A DNA stretch of 64,000 nucleotides from an uncultured delta proteobacterium. Its GTDB lineage: Bacteria; Desulfobacterota; Binatia; UBA9968. A program made the position numbers and the translations under genes. Shown here piece by piece: positions 52,688-61,969 of this stretch. The notes beneath the pieces are model-generated. The model searched no databases, was not told where the DNA came from, and saw only the letters and a list, made by a program, of their open reading frames with translations. The stretch's first letter is position 1, and each line of letters starts with the position of its first letter. The stretch covers positions 1-64,000 of the forward strand of contig CAVWLW010000034.1 in the NCBI GenBank assembly GCA_963755715.1, read 5' to 3'.

Positions 52688-53542
52688 CTATCGGAACAAA
52701 ACCTTGGCCAACTCCGAGCGGTATTTGTCGGTCAACGGGTCGTCGGGGCCGAGCACTTCGAAGATCTGGATCATCGCTTTGCGCGCGCCGTCGTCTTGAA
52801 ATTCGCGATCTGCTTTCACGATAGTTAGAAATTCGTTGAGTGCCTCTTCATACTTCTCGGCCCCGGCGAGCGCCTGGGCGAGCTCGAAGCGAGCCGCGAT
52901 ATTGTTCGGCTCGACTTTGACTTTTTCGCGCAACGCCGCTTCATTCGCCGTCCCGCCGGCCTGAAGATTCAAACGGGCGATCAGCCGATCCGCTTCTTTG
53001 CGCTCGTCGGCGACCATAGGTACTTTATCGAGATGCTCCAGCGCGGTGGCGCTATCGCCTTCGTTCATGGCCAACCGCCCCAGCCCAAGCAGCGCCTTGG
53101 CATGGTTCGGATCGGATTCGAGAATTGTTTGGTAGAGTGCTTTCGCCTCGGCGGTTTTACCCTCTTCTTCGAGAGCTTGAGCCTCGAGCGCCTGCTTATC
53201 TGCCGCTGTCGGCAGAAACTTTGACAGGAACTCACGCAGCATCGGCTCCGGCAGCGCGCCGGTAAACTCCGACGCGAGATCGCCGTCTTTAAACAGCTTC
53301 ACCGCCGGGATGCCTTGGATGCCGAAGGCGCCCGCTAACCCCTGGTTTTCATCGACGTTGACTTTGGCCAGGATGAATTCACCGGCATACTCGTCGGCAA
53401 GTTTTTCGAGCACGGGACCCAGGACTTTGCACGGACCGCACCATTCCGCCCAGAAGTCCACCATGACGGGAACTTCCGTCGAGCGCTCTAAGACTTCCGC
53501 CTCAAAATTTTCTTCGTTAACGTCGATCGTCCACTGATTCAT
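52688..53542 (-). CDS. cnoX: Thioredoxin-TPR chaperedoxin (CnoX/YbbN)
   Basis: DFWAEWCGPC thioredoxin then TPR helices, ARKAMIQIFEVLG..DPL..YR. Confidence 0.9.
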   Translation of the reverse strand: MNQWTIDVNEENFEAEVLERSTEVPVMVDFWAEWCGPCKVLGPVLEKLADEYAGEFILAKVNVDENQGLAGAFGIQGIPAVKLFKDGDLASEFTGALPEPMLREFLSKFLPTAADKQALEAQALEEEGKTAEAKALYQTILESDPNHAKALLGLGRLAMNEGDSATALEHLDKVPMVADERKEADRLIARLNLQAGGTANEAALREKVKVEPNNIAARFELAQALAGAEKYEEALNEFLTIVKADREFQDDGARKAMIQIFEVLGPDDPLTDKYRSELAKVLFR

Positions 53543-53562
53543 ATCGGCTCTACTCTCTTACC

Positions 53563-53594
53563 TTGAACGTTTTGAAGGCTTGAACGATTTGAAC
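53563..53594. repeat. TTGAAC tandem repeat (period 8-9 nt)
   Basis: TTGAAC, TTGAAG, TTGAAC, TTGAAC. Confidence 0.6.
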
Positions 53595-53598
53595 AAAA

Positions 53599-53844
53599 TC
53601 ACTTGGCGATGATCGCCTTGGCGAAGTTGCGCACGTTGGCAGCCACCGGACGCATGGCGTAAACCACCGTCTCCCAAATCTCGTCCTCGCTGGCGCCGAG
53701 CTCGCGCGCCCGACCGAGATGGAGCTTGGCGCCGTGCTCATGGCCGATCGCCAAATTCACTGCGAACAAGATCAGTTGCGCCGCTTTCGGATCGAGCGAT
53801 CCTTCTTTATATTTTACATTGAAAAATTCAGCGTCCGTCGCCAT
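53599..53844 (-). CDS. Carboxymuconolactone decarboxylase/AhpD-like protein (no Cys)
   Basis: GGAGGT RBS; LDPK..QLI.FAV, H..RARELGASEDEI.E. Confidence 0.8.
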   Translation of the reverse strand: MATDAEFFNVKYKEGSLDPKAAQLILFAVNLAIGHEHGAKLHLGRARELGASEDEIWETVVYAMRPVAANVRNFAKAIIAK

Positions 53845-53866
53845 TTTATCACCTCCGTGTCGCGAA

Positions 53867-54358
53867 TTATTTTTTGAATGAATCCGGATCAAACGCCGCG
53901 CCGTTGAGCGTGTACTCGCTTTTCACCTCCGTCGGCTTGCGGATGGTCTGAATCACATAACAGCCCGCCTCGGCATTGCGTACGACTTTGGCGATTTTTT
54001 CCGGTGATTCATCGGAGGTTATTTCGCAGCGGGTTTCCACGCCCAATCCTTCCGCCTGTACGGTCTCGCGTAATACTGAGCCCTCGTTCTTGAAGCGCGC
54101 CATGACAAAAACCTTCGCTTTATCGATGTGCGTCTTGAGCATTTCCCCGTACCGGGAAATTTGCGTCAGCAGTCAAAACCCCACCGAAAGGGCGAAATAC
54201 GCGAGCGGCGGCGGCGCGGTATTGGCGCCGCCGATACGTTCACCCTCGTCGCAAAAAACCGTGAAGCCGCGCGCGTGCCCTTCTTTGCGCATCCGCTCCA
54301 AGGTTTCGGCGTCGGCTTCCAAGACAATCTCCCGCTTGATTTGCAGATCCTCGCCCAC
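53867..54358 (-). CDS. OsmC/Ohr-family peroxidase, putative selenoprotein (in-frame TGA at 54173-54175 read as Sec), 163 aa
   Basis: Two track ORFs share one frame separated only by TGA: DEG...GGANTAPPPLAYFALSVGF-U-LLTQISRYGEMLK...AEAGCYV. Confidence 0.8.
54139..54164 (-). promoter_or_regulatory. Bacterial SECIS-like hairpin
   Basis: GCA(AA)UUUCCC-GGUACG-GGGAAAUGC; apical GGU at +23..+25 counting U of UGA as +1. Confidence 0.62.
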
Positions 54359-54446
54359 GATCCCTCCGGGTAGTCGACCCTCCCACTGCGCGCTTCAATC
54401 AATATATTCACAATCGCCGGTTGTTTCCAGCCGCGAAAAGTTTCCC

Positions 54447-55514
54447 TCACGGGCGCTCGATGTTCGAGTATTCTTCCGAATAGAGATCGAGCAACGCTCG
54501 CAGCAGCGCTAACAGCGCCGGGCCGAGCACGATCCCCACCGCACCGAAAAGCGAGAGACCGCCAAGGATGCCGAAAAAGAGAAATAGGACCGGCAGGCCG
54601 AGACGATTGCCGATGAGAAGCGGCTTGAGAATATTGTCCACCGTGCCGACAAATCCCAAGCACCAGACCAACAGCACGACGCCGCGCACCGTTTCGCCCT
54701 GGAGAAACAAGTAAATCGCGGCCGGTATCGAAACGATCGCCGACCCACCCACCGGCAACAGCGAGACAAAGGCCGTGACCACGCCCCACAATACCGCGTA
54801 CGGGACACCTAAAAACCAATAAGCCCAGCCGGCGAGCAGCCCCTGCACCATCGCGACGACCAGGGAACCGTGCACCACGGCCAAAACGGAGTCGACGATG
54901 TTTTTGAACAGCCGCTGTTGATGCTCTTGGTCCATCGGCAGCAGCCGCTGAATCCGATTGACCAGCTCGGCACCGTCGCGCAGGAAGAAAAATAGCGTAA
55001 ACAAAGCAACGATAAAATTAACCGTGAAAAGCAGCACGTTCTGAGCGATCCCTTTGACTTGTGTAACGATAAACGTCGACGAAGATTGTGCCCCTTGAAT
55101 CAACAAATTCTTCCAGTCGATCTTGAAATCCACCAGTCGGAACGTCGCCATATCCCACCAACCGATCAAGTGCTGCACCCACGGCTGCGCCAGCCATTGC
55201 TGCTTGCCATCTTCGTCCAGGAGCAAACGCACCGACTGAAGCAACGAGACCGCCTCGTCCGCTAAAAACCGCGCCAGCTCGACGCCGGGCGCGATCACGA
55301 TAATCGTGATCACGACGATGACCGTCATCGCTGCGAGCGTCGCGCGCCCGCGCATAAGTTCGAGCAGCCCGGCGTACACCGGGTAGAAGAGAATGGCGAG
55401 AATCGCCGCCCAAGTGATCGCCGTCAAAAACGGCGTCAAGATCAAGAACGCGCCGTACAGAATGAGCAGAAGAAGCGCGAAGAAAAAAGCGGTCACGAGC
55501 CAAGTTCGATTCAC
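54447..55514 (-). CDS. AI-2E family transporter
   Basis: PFLTAITWA, FFFLRDG, DNILKP, GIVLGP; GAGG RBS before GTG 55514. Confidence 0.88.
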   Translation of the reverse strand: MNRTWLVTAFFFALLLLILYGAFLILTPFLTAITWAAILAILFYPVYAGLLELMRGRATLAAMTVIVVITIIVIAPGVELARFLADEAVSLLQSVRLLLDEDGKQQWLAQPWVQHLIGWWDMATFRLVDFKIDWKNLLIQGAQSSSTFIVTQVKGIAQNVLLFTVNFIVALFTLFFFLRDGAELVNRIQRLLPMDQEHQQRLFKNIVDSVLAVVHGSLVVAMVQGLLAGWAYWFLGVPYAVLWGVVTAFVSLLPVGGSAIVSIPAAIYLFLQGETVRGVVLLVWCLGFVGTVDNILKPLLIGNRLGLPVLFLFFGILGGLSLFGAVGIVLGPALLALLRALLDLYSEEYSNIERP

Positions 55515-55763
55515 CGAGTGGCTTCCTCTCCAATCCGTCAACTGTACGTAGAAGAACTGTCGGTGGCAAGGCGCCACAAACCGCGATAGCCCGTGCGGCG
55601 AAAGCTTAAGCGCAAGCATCGCTGCAATTGCAAAGGGCAAGATTTGAATTGATGGTCAATGTGCCAATCGTAGACAGATCCATCTGATGCCGCGGATTAC
55701 TGCCGCTGATGAAAACGGTCAGGCGAGAAAGTAAAAACTGCGCGGCCCGGATTTCCGGAGCGC

Positions 55764-57036
55764 TCACAGACTGCCGACGAAGCGACCGGGATTGAGCAAT
55801 CCCGCGGGGTCGAATTGGTGCTTGATCCGGCGCATGAGCGCTAGGGTCGGTGGCGATAGCCCCCATACTTCAAGGCCGTGCTTAAGGTCGCTTGGCGCGG
55901 CGAAGATGATAACGTGACCGCCGCGGCTATTCGCCATTTCCGTCAGTTCGGCAAAGCGCGAGGCGTTTGCTTTATTTGCTTGACAAGTCAACCAGACGGT
56001 ACCGATCGCGGCATCGGCGCTGATTGCCGCGCCGTGCCAATTTTTGATCCTCGGGATGAAGTTAAAGACTTCGGCGCGCGGCAGCGTGATGCGAAAGACC
56101 AGACGTTCGCTCTGCAAAGGGACGTTCTGACGCGCTTGCCAAAATTCATTCTGGCCTTCGTCACCGAAAAATTCGGCGGACATCCCTAATCGATCGGCGA
56201 GCGCCCTTACATCACGACGGCATCGGCTTATCGTCTCGACAAATCCTTCAAACCTCGCTGCGATCTGCCAGCGCTCCGACTCCTGGTTTTGTAAAAGCAC
56301 GACCGCCGCCGGCAACAGAGGCGAATGAAGCAACTCTTCGGCGAATTTCTGCGCTTGCGCCAAAGTGCCCGATACGAGCGCGGTCTCGCTGCTTTCGGGA
56401 AGCGGCGTCAAGCGCAAAGTCACTTCGGTGATGACGCCGAGAGTGCCGAGGGAGCCGACAAAAAGTTTGCACATGTCATAGCCCGCGACGTTCTTGACGA
56501 CTTTGCCACCCGCTTTGATCTGTTCGCCGCTGATGAGAACCACTTTCATGCCGATCACCAAATCGCGCACGCTGCCGTAATAACTGCGCCGCGGTCCGTT
56601 GAGATTCCCGGCAACGATGCCGCCGACGGTGGAGCGTTCGGGAAACGGCGGGTCGACGGGCACGAACTGGCGTTGGCCTGCGAGCAGTTGTTGCAGCGCG
56701 GCCAGACTGATCCCGCTTTCTGCCGTCACCGTGAGATTGGCGGGGTCGTGGTCGATCACGCGATCGAGTCTGCCAGTATTGAGCACGACCTCAACTTGGC
56801 GCGGCGGATTGCCCAGCGCCATGGCGGTGCCGCCGCCCCAGGGAGTTACAGTCGCATCCGCTTCCGCGCAGAGACGGAGTGCCGCGCTCACTTGCTCTCG
56901 ATCTGGCGTGCAGACCAATGCCGGTTGCTTGCCGTCCACGCGAGTGAGAAGTGAGCAAGTCGGCATTTAAACTAACCGCGTCGGCGCCTAGCTCGGCGGC
57001 CAATCGCTGCGTCAATTGATCGGGAGTCGATTTCAT
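55764..57036 (-). CDS. glcE: Glycolate oxidase FAD-binding subunit GlcE-like (one +1 frameshift near 56945)
   Basis: GGKVVKNVAGYD, GSLGTLG, FDP..LLNPGRF; ATG overlaps glcF stop. Confidence 0.85.
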
Positions 57037-58344
57037 TTCGGCGTCGCGGCGCCGCTTTCGCCACAGGCGCGGTCGAGCAGATCCATCAGATGATAAACTT
57101 TCACCGCGGGTCCGTAGCGCTGGGCGCCGTAGCGAAGCTGCAGCATGCAACCGGGGTTGGGCGCGACGACGGCCTCGGCTTTCGTCGCCGCCACCGACTG
57201 CATTTTTTCCTTGAGCAGCTGTTGTGACATGTCTGGGTGGGTCAAGTTGTAAATGCCGGCGCTGCCGCAGCAGCGATCCGAGCCTTCCATCTCGACTAGC
57301 TTCAGGCCGGGGATCGACTGTAATAATTTTCGCGGTTGGCTGCGGATGCGTTGGCCGTGCGCGAGATGGCACGGATCTTGGTAGGTCACGGTGAGATCGA
57401 CGGGACGAAGCTCGCTTTTAAGGCCGAGATCCCCAAGAAATTCACCGGCGTCCTTGACCAGCGCGCTGAAACGCTCCGCCTTGTCGCGATAGGCGGGATC
57501 GTCGCGCAACAAGTAGCCGTATTCTTTCATCGCCGCGCCGCAGCCGGCGGAGTTGACGACGATCGCGTCGACGTTGGTTTCGAGAAAAACATCGATGTTG
57601 TGCCGCGCCATCTGTTTGGCCGCGACGCTCTCGCCGTTATGAATATTCAGCGCGCCGCAGCAGATCTGGTTTTTCGGCAATACGACATCGCAGCCGTTGC
57701 GTCTGAGCACGCGCACGGTGGCTTCATTGACGTCACCGAATAAGAGCGGCATGACGCATCCATTGAGCATGGCGACTTTAGCGCGGCGCGCGCCGACGGC
57801 TGGCAGGACGTCCGCTTCGGCATGAAAAAATTTGGACGGGATGGCAGGCAGCATCGAATCCATTTCGCGCAATTTAGCCGGCAAGAGCGTTCGCGCGAGC
57901 CGCTGCAGTCCGCTCCGTTGGTAGAAACGTAGCAGACCGAAGACAAAACGCAGCCGCCGCGGAAAGGGTAGCAAACGGGTGAAAACAAAATTCAGTACCG
58001 CGCGCGCGAAAGGCGAGCCTGGCGGGCCAAGCTGCTCGCGCGCGGTTTCGGCGATCCGACCATATTGCACGCCGGACGGACACGCTGTCTCGCAGGCGCG
58101 GCAGAGCAGGCAGAGATAGATGTGTTCTTTGAAACGATCGTTAAGCTCGATGCGTCCTTCAGCGGCGGCTTTGACCAGATGAATTCGCCCGCGCGGCGAC
58201 TCGGGTTCGAGGTGCAGCAGCGCGATAGGTCGGACATTGATTCAAACACAGGCCGCAATGCACGCATTGGTAGAGCTCGGGGAGATCTAATGCGGGCACC
58301 TTCGCAGTGGCGGCGTCCTCGGGTTTGTTGTGCGGCAGTTCCAA
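57033..58344 (-). CDS. glcF: Glycolate oxidase Fe-S subunit GlcF-like (one +1 frameshift near 58220)
   Basis: CVHCGLCLNQCP, CLLCRACETACPSGV, CCG domains, DPCHL. Confidence 0.88.
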
Positions 58345-58358
58345 TCGCGACCTTTCGT

Positions 58359-58436
58359 GAGTCTAGAGTCTCGGGGCTAGAGTTGATGAGCGAAGAAATC
58401 TGCTAGACCCGAGACACGGAACTCGAAACTCTAGAC
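58359..58436. repeat. Degenerate heptamer repeats in inverted arrangement between glcD and glcF
   Basis: GAGTCTA GAGTCTC GGGGCTA GAGT ... CTAGACC CGAGACA CGGAACT CGAAACT CTAGAC. Confidence 0.5.
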
Positions 58437-58440
58437 AGTT

Positions 58441-59881
58441 TCATATCCACAACCCCGCCGGGATTTGTGCCGGCTGCAGACGTACTTCGCCGCAGCTCGC
58501 TGGTGTCGGAAAGAGTTTCGCCGGATTGAACCTGTTGTCTGGGTCGAAAACGCGCCGCACTCGCGCCATCGCTTCCAAATCGGCTTCGTTGAAAAGCAAG
58601 CCGATATAAGCCTTCTTCTCCAAGCCGACGCCGTGCTCGCCGGTGATGCTGCCGCCGAGCTCGATACAGGCGCGCAGCGTGGCGGCGCCGGCTTCGATCA
58701 CGCGATCGAGCTCACCGGGCGCGCGCATGTCGAACAAAATGTTCGGATGCAGATTGCCATCGCCGGCGTGAAACACATTGGCGATGCGGAGATTAAATTC
58801 TTTGCTGATCGCGGCGATGCGGCGCATCATCTCCGGCAGCTTGCTGCGCGGCACGACACCGTCTTGGACGTAATAATTCGGCGCCAGCGTGCCCATGGCG
58901 CCAAAAGCGCCTTTGCGGCCTTTCCATAATCGTTGCCGCTCGCTTTCATCGGCGGCGAGCTTCACTTCGCGCGCGCCGTTGCGTTGGCAGATCTCGCGCG
59001 CGAGTCGACGCCGAGCGGTCGGTGTGCTCCGTGAGGCCTTCAATTTCGACGATCAGCACCGCTTCCGCGTCGCGCGGAAAGCCCACCGGCGCGCCGCGCT
59101 CGATGGCCTCGATCGTTGTGCGATCCATCATTTCCAACGCTGCCGGAATGATTCCGGCCGCGGTAATGTCGACAACGGTCTGAGTCGCGTTATCCATCTC
59201 GTCAAAAATGGCTAGTAACGTGCGCACCGACTCGCGCGTCTGCATCAGCCTCACCGCTACTTTGGTGACGATTCCCATGGTGCCTTCCGAGCCGACGAAC
59301 AGGCCGCAGAGATCATAGCCCGGCATGTCCGGAACTTCGCCGCCAAGCCATACGACTGCGCCGTCGTCCAATACGACTTCGACGCCAAGCACGTGGTTGG
59401 TCGTGACGCCGTAGGCGAGCGTATGCGGGCCGCCGGAATTGTTCGCCACGTTGCCGCCGATCGAGCAAGCGGCTTGACTGCTCGGGTCGGGCGCATAGAA
59501 AAGGCCGTCTTTGGCCACCGCCTTGGTGACATCGAGCGTTGATCACGCCCGGGCTCGACGATGGCGATGCGATTTTCGAGATCGATTTTCAAGATGCGAT
59601 TCAACCGCGCTAGTGAGAGAACGATTCCGCCCTCCGCCGGCACCGCGCCGCCGGCTAGGCCGGTCCCCGAACCCCGCGGCACAATCGGTACGCCGGCCTG
59701 TTTCGCTGCTTTCACCACGGCGGCGACTTCTTCAACGTTGCTGGGCAGCACAACGATCTCCGGCATGACTTGAAAGATCGAGCCGTCCTGTTCGTAAACG
59801 ACAACGTCTTCTTTCTCGATCAGAACATAGCGCTCGCCGACGATAGCTGCGCAGATCGCGAATGAGAGTTTCTCGATTCAT
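58441..59881 (-). CDS. glcD: Glycolate oxidase FAD-linked subunit GlcD (about four +1 frameshifts near 59848, 59549, 59537, 59005)
   Basis: PRGSGTGLAGG, PDPSS, GGNVANNSGG, HAGDGNLH, GEHGVG spread over successive frames. Confidence 0.88.
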
Positions 59882-60015
59882 TGCTGGGGAGCCTAGCGGA
59901 GAGTGGATCGGGGTGTCAAATGGGACTCACGGAGGAACGACGTTGACGAAAATCTTCGAAGTGTAATATAAGCGGAAGACCAAAGTTCATGATTTGTCGA
60001 AACAGGAGGCAAACT

Positions 60016-61185
60016 ATGTCTGACCAGGCAAAGATCCAGGAGCCAGAGACAAAAAAAGTCTCACGAAGAAATGTTCTCAAAGCCGCCGTTGCCGCCGGCG
60101 GCGCGGCAGTTTTGGGTTTCCCCAATATCGTCAAGGCGCAAGGGGTCACCACGATGCGCTGGCAGAGCACCTGGCCGCAGAAGGATATCTTCCACGAGTT
60201 CGCTCTGGACTTCGCCAAGAAGGTCGTCGACATGACCGGCGGCGATTTGAAAATCGAAGTGCTACCCGCGGGCGCGGTGGTGCCAGCCTTCGGCGTGCTC
60301 GACGCCGTGTCGAAGGGAACCCTCGACGGCGCTCATGGCGTGCTCTCCTACCATTACGGCAAGAGCAACGCGCTCGCGCTCTGGGGATCGAGTCCCGCTT
60401 ACGGCATGGACGCCAACATGATTCTGGCTTGGCACAAGTACGGTGGCGGCAAGGAGATGCTCAACAAGATCTACAACTCGCTCGGCGCCAATGTGGTCTC
60501 TTTCCCGTATGGGCCGATGCCAACGCAGCCGCTCGGCTGGTACAAGAAGCCGGTCACGAAACCAGACGACTTCAAAGGCATGAAGTTCCGCACCGTGGGC
60601 ATCTCGATCGACCTGTTCCAGGGTATGGGCGCGGCGGTGAATGCTCTGCCGGGCGCCGAGATCGTTCCGGCGATGGACCGGGGGCTTCTCGATGCCGCTG
60701 AGTTCAATAACGCGTCCTCCGATCGCGCTCTCGGCTTTGCCGACGTCTCTAAGGTCTGCATGCTGCAGAGCTACCATCAGAACGCCGAGCAGTTCGAGAT
60801 CCTATTCAACAAGACCAAGTTCGACGGCGCTGCCGGAAAAGATGAGAGCGATCATCGCATATGCCGTTGACGCGGCGTCGGCGGACATGTCCTGGAAGGC
60901 CATCGACCGCTACTCGAAAGACTACATCGAGTTGCAGACCAAAGATAAGGTAAGGTTCTACCGGACGCCAGATTCGGTCCTGCAAAAGCAGCTGGAGATT
61001 TTCGACCAGGTGGAGGCGAAGAAGTCGGCCGAGCTTCCCGCTTTTCAAAGAGGTCGCCGAATCGCAGCGCGCTTTTGCCGAGCGGGCGGTAAAGTGGGAC
61101 CTCGACACGAACGTACCCCGCCGCATGGCCTACAACCACTATTTCGCCAAGCCAGCCGCCAAGCCGGCTGGCCAAGAAGGGCTAA
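60016..61185 (+). CDS. dctP: TRAP transporter substrate-binding protein (TakP-like), Tat signal (frameshifts near 60826, 61038, probably 61170)
   Basis: AGGAGG RBS, SRRNVLK, WQSTWP, FRTVG, LDAAEF. Confidence 0.85.
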
Positions 61186-61210
61186 ATCGCGGAAGCGATT
61201 GCGGCAATTC

Positions 61211-61249
61211 GCCAGTCATTCGGCAGTGACCGGATGACTGGCTTTTTTT
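61211..61249 (+). terminator. Hairpin plus T-run between dctP and dctQ
   Basis: GCCAGTCATTCGG-loop-CCGGATGACTGGC-TTTTTTT. Confidence 0.75.
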
Positions 61250-61260
61250 CGAGAAAAATC

Positions 61261-61969
61261 ATGAACGCTCAAACGCTGCTCCGCATCATTGACCAGATCA
61301 GTTACTGGATCGGCAAAGCGTTTGCCTGGCTGATCTTGGGATTGACCATGGTGGTTTCCATCGAGGTGTTCAAGCGCTACATCTTGAACGCGCCGACGTC
61401 CTGGATCTTCGATCTGAACAATATGCTCTACGGCACGCTATTCATGATGTGCGGCGCCTACACCTTGGCGCTCGCCGGCCACGTGCGCGCTGACTTTGTC
61501 TATATCTATCTCAAACCGCGCGCCCAGGCCGGCACTCGATCTCGCCTTGTATTTTCTGTTTTTTATCCCAGGCATCCTCGGGCTTATCTATGCGGGCTAC
61601 GGCTACGCCGCCGATTCCTGGCGCATCGCGGAGCATTCGAATGTGACGGCAGAGGGTCCGCCCATCTACTACTTCAAAACAGTCATTCCGATCGCAGGAA
61701 CATTTGTCATGCTTCAGGGCCTCGCTGAAATCGTCCGCTGTATTGTTTGCATTCGCACTGGCGCCTGGCCGGCGCGCTTGGACGATGTGGAAGAAATTGA
61801 CGTTATCGAGACCCAACTCTCCCACAGCGAGTACGTGGACGAAGAGTCGCGCCTTGCTGCGATGGAGACGGCGCATGCCATCGACGACGCCGCGCGCCAC
61901 CGCAGCGTAATGGAAGAAGGCGTGGTGCACGAGAGAGCAATCAAAGAAGACGAGCGGAACAAGCCATGA
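61261..61969 (+). CDS. dctQ: TRAP small permease DctQ (one +1 frameshift near 61530)
   Basis: EVFKRY..NAPT.W, GHVRAD, KTVIP. Confidence 0.85.
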
